Positions 1 to 8,740 of a stretch of 10,534 nucleotides of DNA are shown here, piece by piece. The translations under genes and the position numbers were made by a program. The stretch is from Vitrella brassicaformis CCMP3155. Its lineage: Eukaryota; Protista; Chromerida. The notes beneath the pieces were generated by a model. The model did no database searches, was not told the origin of the DNA, and was given only the letters and a program-made list of their open reading frames with translations. The stretch covers positions 1 through 10,534 of the forward strand of contig CDMY01000919.1 in NCBI GenBank assembly GCA_001179505.1, written 5' to 3'. Positions within the stretch are counted from its first letter, which is position 1; every line of letters begins with the position of its first letter.

Positions 1-228
1 GTGTGGGGGAGGGAGGCGGAGCACTTCTTCACCCGCTTGACTGAGCAGCTGTTGACGAGGCAGGGGTGGTCAGATAGGGGGCGAGGGCGGCGGGTGCATG
101 GGTGGCTGCGTGCTCGTTTGTCTGTTGCATTGGTGCGGGCTGCTAGCCTGTGTTTGAGGGGCGGGAGGCAGTCATGGCGTGGTGTTGGGGCGATGGACGG
201 GGCTGGGGTGTTCTCATCGGATGAGTGA
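1..228 (+). mobile_element. 3' end of the ORF of a probable CRE-clade / RLE-type non-LTR retrotransposon (5'-truncated by the window edge)
   Basis: Translation WGREAEHFFTRLTEQLLTRQGWS...VHGWLRARLSVALVRAASLCLRGGR matches, from memory, the C-terminal pattern GxEAxxFxxRLxxxL...GWxRARLSxAxxRAxxxCLRGxR that follows the restriction-like endonuclease core of CRE-type elements. Stop at 226-228. No RT domain lies inside the window and no poly(A) tail follows. Confidence 0.65.
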
Positions 229-350
229 GCGTGCCCTTTGTGCATAGGCATATGTGGATAGATTCATGGAGGCGATTTGGACAAGCGAGTGCATGGATGC
301 CATCTGTCAATTATCTCTTCCCTAAGCCGAGTGTGTTGTCATTTCTGTGT

Positions 351-694
351 CTACCTCTGCCACAGGATCTCGGTCTTTCTCCCAGGGGTCGGCTTCACCT
401 AAGAGCATATACGCCTGATCTCAATCAACACACACAAGGCCTCACAGATCTCTCAGTGGCTGTTGACTGCTTCTTCTGTGTGTCGCCTAGCAATGGGTTT
501 CTGTCGGTCTTTGTCCCCTCGGAGGCCGCAGGAGCCGTCGTCTGGCTCTTCTGCGCACGCAGAGCAACACTGTGCGCCTTGACGGGTGTCTTGCTGACGG
601 GCTGGGAGGGGATCAGGAAGGTGCCTGGAGCCACTCGCACGCCATGGCAGGGGAGAAGCGCCGATAGCAGAAAAAACGCAAACACCGCCATCAC
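351..694 (-). CDS. Small (~98 aa) protein with a signal peptide and a transit-peptide-like region; 2 exons (694-446, 398-351)
   Basis: MMAVFAFFLLSALLPCHG is a hydrophobic signal-like N-terminus, followed by an S/T/K/P/A-rich stretch. A 47-nt GTGAGG...CTCTTAG intron (445-399, phase 0) joins it to VKPTPGRKTEILWQR* (TAG at 353-351). The 3' end is uncertain because a GTAGAC donor overlaps the stop. Confidence 0.5.
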
Positions 695-982
695 CGTGTA
701 CAGACAGTTTCACACATCATGATGCTGAGGGGCTGAGGGGCCAGACAGTCACGAGTGCGATTGTCTCTCATTCGTGTCAGGGTCAGGCGGCGCCAGGAAA
801 CGAACCAGATATACCAACCGACACTCAACTGTGATTTTTCTCACCATTAGGGACGTGCATGTCGTGTGAGTGGGGGGGGGCTGGGTAGATAGGACGTGTG
901 CATGCTTCCATGCATGTGCATGTTGCTAGTTCATACGTCACATGGCAGGATCCCCTCAGACACGAGTCTCGTTAAACACACT

Positions 983-1024
983 AACCAACCAACCAACCAA
1001 CCAACATGCCAACCAACATGAACC
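983..1024. repeat. (AACC)n / (GGTT)n microsatellite
   Basis: About 5.75 perfect AACC units at 983-1005, then degenerate units (atgccaaccaacatgaacc) to 1024. Confidence 0.9.
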
Positions 1025-1456
1025 ACACCGTCCCATCCTTACCGCCCGCCTGGCGGACAACGCGCTGACAACACACTGGACCAACGGACCGCTAACCTGG
1101 CCATGCGAATTTCCTACCAACCTAGCAGGCACCCAAAACACATCAAAACGGGTCAAAACACATTGCATGGCCTCTCTCCCCCGCAGACAACGAAGTCGAA
1201 TGGCAAAATTCATCCACTCACACACCTGTGTGAGTGTGTCAGCAGCACACCGTCACGCATACGCATGCCAGGCAGTCACCACACTACTAAACAAAATGCG
1301 CAGCCGCCTTAGTGTGAGCCAATCCACCCACGCGGCAGACACATGCATACGGGCACGCAGAGACAGATGCATTGCTGTTCCCGGCCCCCTGCACGCAGCC
1401 CTGAGAACGGCCGTCCCAATCCATTTAGAGTTCGGCAAGGACGAGTGACTCTCGTC

Positions 1457-3388
1457 TCACTGACGCATACGAAGGTTGTATCCGCAATGACCCTTGCGCG
1501 CTGACCAGCAAGGATAGATAGAGGTCTCCTGCTTCACTCTCTGAATAAAGCCGTTTGCGTCATGCCGCTGAGCTCCTGCTGCGAGCCACCGGAGGTCATT
1601 GCAACCGAGACACCCCCAGCATTGCAGCTCCCGAAACGGGGGGCAGCCGGTGTCAATCGGCGATACAGAGACGACGAACAGGCACAGGCAGGTCTGTACA
1701 CAAAAACGATCATTGACAAACAACAGCAAGGAGAGTGATAGCTCAACTGTCCACTTACCGGCCCACAACATTCCATACGCAGAAGGGCCACACCATAGTG
1801 CGACTCGGAGGAGCGCTGAATGACGAAAGCACACGGACCTGAAGGGGATGGTCCATGAGGAAGCCAACACCGATCCTTTGCTCATTCACGTCACAGCCGA
1901 TTGCCACATCGAGAGCTCAGCGGTGCTCGCTCAATCCCCGGTCAGGGCTGCACAGCACATCCATCACGCACCGAGAGGAAGAGTCTTTCCAGTCGAGTCT
2001 CAGCACCCTTTCTGCGTGCTATCGAGCAATTTTCATCGCCTTGCGCTAGATCGCGTACCACCTCTTCATCAGCTCCTCTCCTCGCGCGTGTCAAAGCCGG
2101 TGGCTGCAAGAAGCCTCTTCTTGCAAGCCAAAAGGGCCTGTTGATGCCTATCGAACTATCGCCCGGGAGTACGGTTTGGAACGTCTGAAAGGGAGGAAAG
2201 AGGCCAGAAGGCATAAGGACGTCGGGACCGAATCATGCCGTACCGAGGACAGCCACCAGGGGTGATATACTTCACATTTGAAGCGTGTGCCCCGGCAACG
2301 GCCTATCACACCCAAACCTGCCGAATCAAGCCGCGAATGACACGCAGAAGAGAGCAAAATCAATCTATCAGTGTTGTGAATATCCCCTTACCAACTGCCT
2401 GTCCGGCATATTTGAAGCCCTGAATGACACGCACAAGAGAGCAGAATTTATCACAACATATGTCCTCCTGTAAAGTCGTTATGTCCTGTGCTTGGCTTTA
2501 CTTGAAAGTCGTAGCAGCCCTTTTTCGTGCTGATAACTGCCCGGTCCGTCATGCAGAACTGTGTACGGGGAGCGGACAGGACAGGAAGATGACATCATTT
2601 GCTTTCTGATGATCAGCGCTGCCTACATCTCTTTGTGGACCCAGCGTGGTCGAGAGGGCGGTGGCGTCAGAGCTGTGACATGCACGTGTTAGTCAGCGTC
2701 CATCCGTGTGTGGGCTTTCATCTTCTCTCTACCTGACGAACCCAAAACGCTGCTGAATCTCCTCACGCTCCTCACGCGTCAGGTCCTGCAGATTACGCCC
2801 TCGGTCGCTTGTTTTGCTTGTCACATTGTCTTTCGTGACATTGAAAGACACCATCACTCGCAACGACTGTGGCTCGATGATAACGGCGGCAGGCTGTGAG
2901 TGATTGTTTTCCAGCCAGAGGCCACTGTTCCTGATGACTCGCAGACGCTGTCCCGCAGCCAGGTCGATGTACACAGTGGGCTCTGTGAGGTTGGCAGTTG
3001 TGTCTTCTTCTAGACTGGGCTGTTTAAGTGGGGATCTGCGGCAGTGCCTGACCCTCCAAAATCCTCCGATCGCGGTGGCGTTGGCCCCAGCGAACGTCAG
3101 GTGGGTTGCCTCTAACCTCTCCATGTCTTCAAGCGCTTGGTCGTCTAGCAGGTCAAGGAGATCCAGTTCATCCTCCTCAGAACGAGCGCTGATGGGCAGG
3201 CCTGCAAGCAGTCGGCACAACGACGGGGCACAACACACCACAAACAAGGGTACTTACAATAAGAGAGCTTCAGGTGAAATAAAAGACTGACCAGCGAAGA
3301 AGCACGCGGCGCGGAAAGGTGTGACCTCTCGTGTGAGGATCATGTTGGTAGTGAGCAATGCTATCACCAGAAGAGTACGGCGGCACAT
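1457..3388 (-). CDS. Putatively secreted ~425-aa protein of unknown family; 9 exons (3388-3292, 3201-2733, 2672-2627, 2558-2502, 2419-2392, 2317-2244, 2184-1972, 1815-1759, 1693-1457)
   Basis: Eight GT-AG introns (90, 60, 68, 82, 74, 59, 156, 65 nt) give one stop-free frame of 1278 nt. One intron has a clear CTGACTAAC branch point. The N-terminus MCRRTLLVIALL is hydrophobic, followed by an acidic patch (EEDELDLLDLLDDQALEDME); the C-terminus is Cys-rich (MECCGPTCLCL...CWGCLGC). The start codon, the 156-nt intron and the final stop are the least certain parts. Confidence 0.7.
2328..2447. repeat. Imperfect 33-bp direct repeat pair (2328-2360 and 2415-2447), 87 bp apart, at the 3' ends of two consecutive introns
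   Basis: aagccgcgaatgacacgcagaagagagcaaaat versus aagccctgaatgacacgcacaagagagcagaat: 29/33 identical. Confidence 0.85.
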
Positions 3389-3779
3389 ATGCCACGGGCG
3401 GGCCCAAGAGGACCGGGACCTAATAGAGAAGAGTTTGTGAAATGACCTCTAGACCGCCAGCACCAGCGTCAGCCCCCGCCATTGGGGGGTTGGCGGGCCT
3501 CTGAGGCATCAGCATACCACCCGTCAGTGCACCGCGACGGGTTGACACCTTTTGGATCTGCAACGAAGGGACGGACAACTGCCTCCACCAACTTCATGTG
3601 TTTCGAAGCGGTGCGTACCTTTCGGCCTTGGTTTGGCAGAGAGAGACGTTCACAGCTTGCATCATTCAGTTTCACGACTCGGACTTGCCCCCTCATGCCA
3701 CCTTCCTCCGTGCTTCCCTGAGCTGATTCTTCTCTCTTAGGTGAGCTGTTTCAGCAAGGCTACCTCACCCGCCGTAGCT

Positions 3780-5266
3780 ATGCAGCCGTCTGGAGTGTCA
3801 CCGAGGAAGGCATCAATTGGCGGGAGAATGCGGTCGTTCTTACAGTCGTTGGGTGGTCTGGCTGGCTCTGTGTCGCCGAGTATGGGAGAAACGCTGGAGC
3901 ACTGGGGCGAGTCCCTTCATTCAAGTCCGTCCATGCAAACTGACCCACTTGCTGCCCACCGCAGTGCCCTTCACATCTACAGACAGGCGCTGCAGGTGCT
4001 GCTTGAGGAAGGGATTGCATTCAAGAGAGTCGTCGAGGCGGCAAATGAACTCAGGGCGGCCAAGCTCCACACGTCGCTGCACAACTTCTACGGTGTGGCA
4101 ACAGGGATGGGTCACAAGAAAATCGAATGACACTCATATGTTTTGGCGCGTGATCAGGCGAAGGTATATTGGAGCAGGCGTGCACGGCATATGCTGACGC
4201 TGTGAGCATTGCACAGTACGAGCGTGCACCTTCCTTACTCGTTTGCGGTGTCCTGTGTGCAGCATTTGCAGTTCATACCGACAAGTAGACTCAATAGCTT
4301 CCCGCTGATATCATGTGACCCATGAATGCTGGTCTGCCCGTCCTTTTGCTCGCATCTCAGGAACGGTGGTCCACAGCGATCTTGAACACCTCTGCACTAC
4401 AATCCAGCACAAGATGGACACCATCGACAAGAGTGAGTAAAGAAAACCAGCGTGAAGGAATGCATTTGTGTCTGCCGTCATCCAACGTGACGTGGCCTCA
4501 GTCAAGGTGAAGTTGGAGAGACGGGACAGAGCATTTGAGCAGCTGGAGGAACAGCGACGAAGGGTGAGCCCTGCGAACAAATAGAAGTACATGCGCTGTC
4601 TTGTGTTCAAGACACATGTGCATGCAGGTAGACGACTTGCGGGAGAAGGCCGCGCGAGCAGCGGACGCCCAAAGACATTCGGTCGCTGGTGCACCGACAG
4701 CGGGAGAGCCCGCCGAACAAGATGCAGCCAACAACCGTGAGTACATAAAACCACCGACGTGGCCATTCATTTGTTAACTGCGTTTCGTGTCCGATCTCAG
4801 GCCGTGGGTCAGCCACAGTTACGGTGAACGTTACAACGACGAGTGGCGGCTCGTCTCCGTCTGATAAGGAGGAAGGCCGCCTAGCGACCATGACGGCAGC
4901 ATTCGACGAGATGTCCAAAGACATAAGCGACGACCTGACAGAGTTGCTCGCTGAGTGTTTCAAGTGAGCGCACTCAGAAGAAGCTTGCACGCTTATTGTC
5001 GACCGTATATCGCATCCAGTGCATGAATTGATAGGTTCGTGTACACCCATCTGGCGCAGCTACTTCGATCGCAGACGTCCTTCTTTCACGACGGTGGTGT
5101 GGCATTCGACTCTCTGCCCCCACATGCAGAGCAACTCATGAGCGGCGATCTCGAGGACCTCCACAGAGCAGAAGAAAAGGAGAAAGAACGGCAAAGGGAG
5201 AAGGACTTGAAAGCCGACGAACACAGCGAGGAGAAAAAAGAGGAGGGAGGGGACAAGGAGGACTGA
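3780..5266 (+). CDS. BAR-domain (N-BAR / amphiphysin-Rvs-like) protein, ~338 aa; 8 exons (3780-4092, 4158-4201, 4263-4284, 4361-4432, 4502-4563, 4628-4736, 4801-4963, 5035-5266)
   Basis: Seven GT-AG introns of 61-76 nt give a stop-free 1017-nt frame. The protein shows BAR-like helices: amphipathic RMRSFLQSLGG; LHIYRQALQVL...KLHTSLHNFYG; MDTIDKIKVKLERRDRAFEQLEEQRRRVDDLREK; FDEMSKDISDDLTELLAECFKFVYTHLAQLLRSQTSFFHD. It ends in a charged E/K tail. The start codon (3780, 3828, or an upstream exon spliced to the 3740 acceptor) and the 22-nt micro-exon are uncertain. The family call is by pattern recognition only. Confidence 0.75.
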
Positions 5267-5900
5267 TTGACGATAGCTTGACTCAATGACGGGTGATTTG
5301 TGCGAAGCTGTGGCTTGATTGAGGTGGTTGTATGGGTGGATGCAGTGTATTGAGTCTGCTTGTCTGTAAAACACGGCACGATCATGTACATTAAAATAAA
5401 TGCAAACCTAAACACTGACGGACATACTTGGACATCTTGTTCCCACCAATGTCTTGCATGTGTCTGTGGTTTCTTGTGTGAAGGAATACGTGCTGCGTGG
5501 GACGACGCCATTTTTGGTTATGGGGTAATTTGGATTTCTCTCCGGTCTGAGCCGGTTTCCTGTTGCTTTTCTGTCAAGACATCATGTTTAGCAGCTCGAG
5601 AACGCCATGTCGCCACATGCGATGTATTCATCTACTCATCTTACCTCTTTGTGAATTCCCGTCCATGTCAGCGAGCTTCGGACTCACAAGGGACTGCAAA
5701 ACAACCCTGTGCGACCGGAACTTCGTCATTTTGGCACCTGTCCACACTTTGACACTCTGACACAGTTTCTCAGTCAAGCCCCATGCGACCATCCCGGACT
5801 TCCTTCACCTCCAGTGGGTATTTCTGAAGAGAGAAACGGGACTGGAGCGTTCGTGGCGTCACAGGGAAACCCCTCTTGAGCTTTCAGAGCCCCCAAAAAA

Positions 5901-6110
5901 TCAAACATCCGCCTCCCAGCCGTTTCTTGACAACGGTCGGCAGCGAGGCTGGATTCTCTTGCATCCGAGCTGTTCAGTCCAAATAAACCATGCCATGCTG
6001 TCGTCTATCATCCAAAGGTGGATTTCATGCCCCTTACACGAGCCCCAAAATTGGTCAGAAGATGAGGTCGTGTCTCTGACCCCAGCCAGTGGCCCCTGCT
6101 TGTGTCTCTG
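5901..6110 (-). other. Possible coding exon, or diverged repeat copy 1 (GHEIHL...FIW segment)
   Basis: Open minus-strand frame RHKQGPLAG...KGHEIHLWMIDDSMAWFIW after a tgtgtgtcag acceptor. It shares an exact 18-mer (aaggtggatttcatgccc, 6015-6032) and flanking blocks with 9135-9275. Confidence 0.35.
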
Positions 6111-6384
6111 ACACACATCCGCAGACATCGGGCACGTCACCAGACTCGTGATATGTTTCTCTCCTGAGCCATTCAGACCTCCAAAATCACAAAAATAGCC
6201 TACTCTGACAACAAGACGGCCATGTATGCGCTCATGCCATCGTGCCATCGTGAACTCATCGTAAAACCGCGCACCCTAGCCCCCTGAATCACGGGAGGAT
6301 AGATCTCGGAAACAGATCTTTCTCTTGTGTGTGCTGCTCCTTCTTTCATCCCTTAACAGCATTCGGGCCCTGAAGTCTCGCAAG

Positions 6385-7644
6385 ATGGCGGGTGCAGCAC
6401 GGCGGTCGCAACGGAGGCGCCACGACGGACGGAGAGCGCCTGTGTGCTTGCACTTGTTTTCCGTGTGTTTGCTTCTCTGGGACGCGTGGAGGTGAGAGAA
6501 AACGACTACAGACTGTCTTCTGAGACACTTGTCTTTTTTCTTCTGGAGAGGGACGGTGGGCCTGGGGCCTCAATGATGTAGTCTATGGAACGCCGGGATT
6601 CCGGTGCAGGTTCGGCAACCCTAGGGGTGAGGCTCTCGCCAAGGTGAACGCGTGTTGCCTGGACTTCATTGACAAGCGTTGTGACAAAACCTTCCAGTCT
6701 ACGAGTTGCTTGGTGAGATGCTCACTGAAACCCGAGACCCAACGCTGCGGTCAACTGCATGTCCACGGACACACTTGTGTGCAGGCGATCCGTGAGCACA
6801 CCACAAGAGGCCTGGAGCGGCCTGTGGGGGCGCTCTACTATTTTGGAACTGGCTTTTCGTTGAAGTCGGCACGGCGGAATGCAAAACTGGTACGTCCCAT
6901 ACACAGCCTAAAGAGGCACGATAGTTCCCTTGTCGTGTCAATGACATCCCTCAGGCGTGCTTCCTCGACCCCCAAATTTCTTTTAGTGCGTGCAGCAGGC
7001 ACTACACATTGGTGTCCAACGAGTGTCCCAGCAGGCGCCTGCTCCAGGACATCATCTTGTCCCAGAACAACAGCAGCATGGCCACGACCAGTCAGCGTCG
7101 TGGCGAGTCGGTACGCTAAATATGTTCAGCGCTGTGCTGTCACCGAACGCACCCGTCATAAGCGCTCGCATTGGTGTCTGCATCAGGCCCCTTTGTTGTT
7201 CACGGGGTTCATCGTGGCACGTTGGCAATGAGCACTGTCCGCTCTACTCCCTACCGTGGTGTGTCATCTATCAGGATGGTGGGAATGGCGTCGTGGAGGC
7301 GCTCGACACTGTCTTCGCATCACCAAACACCGACCCAGGCATGAAGGTCGCGTACGACTTGGCAAAGGAATGGGGACCAGGTCAGTGAGTCTCCTCTCGG
7401 GGGACGGCACTGAACGGGTGGGAGGGGGCCGTCCAGTCTGCCGCTCGGTCATTGGTCGTGTTAATGTGTACTGTGTTGATTCGCAGACCCTGGCCCACCG
7501 AAGGGCTTCCAACCCATGGAAAAGAATCTGGGATTGCTCCCCGGCCTGTCTGGTGAGGATGGTGGGCGGCGACAGGAAAAGGACGGACCGATCACAAACC
7601 ACACTGCTGGTGGGCAGGGTGCACACCAGTACACAGCTACATAG
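6385..7644 (+). CDS. Unknown ~254-aa protein with an N-terminal hydrophobic segment; 7 exons (6385-6491, 6610-6712, 6785-6889, 6955-7110, 7187-7216, 7275-7380, 7487-7644)
   Basis: Strong donors (GTGAGA, GTACGT, GTACGC, GTCAGT) and CAG acceptors give a stop-free 765-nt frame: MAGAARRSQRRR...VCLHLFSVCLLLW...VNACCLDFIDKRC...GALYYFGTGF...DGGNGVVEALD...HQYTAT*. The internal exons are well supported. The exon 1 junction and the donor at 7214/7217 are uncertain. Confidence 0.7.
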
Positions 7645-7908
7645 CTCGAGCACCCGGATCATGTGGGTTGTCTGCCCATTGCTGCATGATCATTTTGCAC
7701 CACTCGTGGTGGAATTAGTTTGATTGTCCTATGTGTCCTCTGTCTGTATCGCGTACACCCGCGCACCGTAAACACAACTAGTATCCTGCCCCAGGCTGTG
7801 CACGCAGTCTTAATACTTGCATAGGTAGTCAAGCTGCGCGTGCAGCTCAGTATTTGTGTTCTTTGTACACCCGTGTGCTGCCCTCCCTCAGCTACAGTCC
7901 CTGTGATT

Positions 7909-8344
7909 CATTGTGGGGGGATTGTGGGTGTGGATGATAGTGTATGGGCGACCGAGTCTTACATGCTGCTTATGTGCACCTTGTTATTGTTGTGCCCATC
8001 CGGGCCATTCCGATTTTTCGGGTTTTCATTCCATTTGTGTAGCCATGCGATGCTTTTCACTAGCCGTATATGAAGTCTTATTTCGATATCCAGGTAGGTT
8101 CCGTGTACGCTGATGCACTCCCTACCTGTGATGCTGTGACGAGAGCGCGACGACAATTTTTGACGTCCTTGGCTAGTCAGGTGAGTCTGTGCGACTTGCA
8201 ATGGCTGTCCATCAGCGCTTTGCTTCTGGTGGTGCAGGACGTCAGGCTCGTTCGATGAGACACATGTGGTATCGATTTTTCATCTGCTCTTCTATCCAAT
8301 ATAGCACGCTCCATACCCATACGTGTGAGGCGTGGGTTGAATCG
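7909..8344 (+). repeat. Left arm of a long inverted repeat (~436 bp)
   Basis: Reverse complement of 9543-10001. By eye the ~335-bp core differs by about 10 substitutions and a 1-nt indel; the ends are more diverged. Confidence 0.95.
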
Positions 8345-8583
8345 TATCATGTGAAACGGACTCTGCTGCGTTCTGATGATCTCAAGAGGTCTCACATGTC
8401 ATTGAGTGCCATGACAATGAGCGTGCAACGGGCAAGAAACGAAAGAATCACTTTGTCATTCTGCACCGACACGGCGTCACACGGAGCACACTGAATCAAT
8501 CAATGATGGATCATTGTCATTGACATGCCCTCGCATGATTTTTGTTTATCGCTCTCGCGCGTGCAGCTGGCTACTGTCTGCGT

Positions 8584-8619
8584 GGGGGAGGGGAGGGAGG
8601 GGTGTGCTGAGGGGCGGGG
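8584..8619 (+). other. G-quadruplex-forming motif
   Basis: GGGGG-A-GGGG-A-GGG-A-GGGG-TGTGCTGA-GGGG-C-GGGG: six G-tracts of 3-5 nt, mostly with 1-nt loops. Confidence 0.7.
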
Positions 8620-8740
8620 ATCGATCCCTCATCCCCTTGAGCCGGTTTGGCTCTCCGTGCTCATGGGACTGTGTTTATTTATGGGTGTCACGGACACACA
8701 GGAGTGTTATGGTTAACGCAAGTTGTTTCTCGCATGGTCT

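Noticed and set aside
942-1448. 168-aa + strand ORF (MAGSPQ...TNQPTNQHANQH)
   Set aside because: It runs through the (AACC)n microsatellite, has no splice or domain support, and lies in intergenic/UTR sequence.
1816-1838. Apparent 23-nt intron GTCCGT...CATTCAG
   Set aside because: Far shorter than the other introns here. It is better explained as the 3' end of a longer intron (1971-1816).
1839-2551. A protein-looking minus-strand frame with eight TAG/TGA stops (e.g. ELMKRWYAI*RKAMKIAR*HAERVLRL), suggesting C-to-T hypermutation, RNA editing or stop-codon recoding
   Set aside because: Recognising the 68-nt intron at 2626-2559 shifts the gene into a different, fully open frame. Eight stops in about 140 codons is close to what an off-frame read gives.
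2904-3290. 128-aa + strand Ser-rich ORF; likewise the minus-strand ORFs at 4311-5050 and 5060-5511
   Set aside because: These are antisense shadows of well-supported exons on the opposite strand.
3741-4130. Treating this ORF as a complete stand-alone gene ending GHKKIE*
   Set aside because: A phase-1 intron (4093-4157) links it in frame to the downstream BAR exons, and its sequence supplies the missing N-terminal BAR helices.
8582-8619. Similarity of the G-rich tract to the retroelement end (gtgggggaggg near 3-13; tgaggggcggg near 156-166)
   Set aside because: The matches are only 11 nt of low-complexity G-rich sequence, too weak to infer a deleted element copy.
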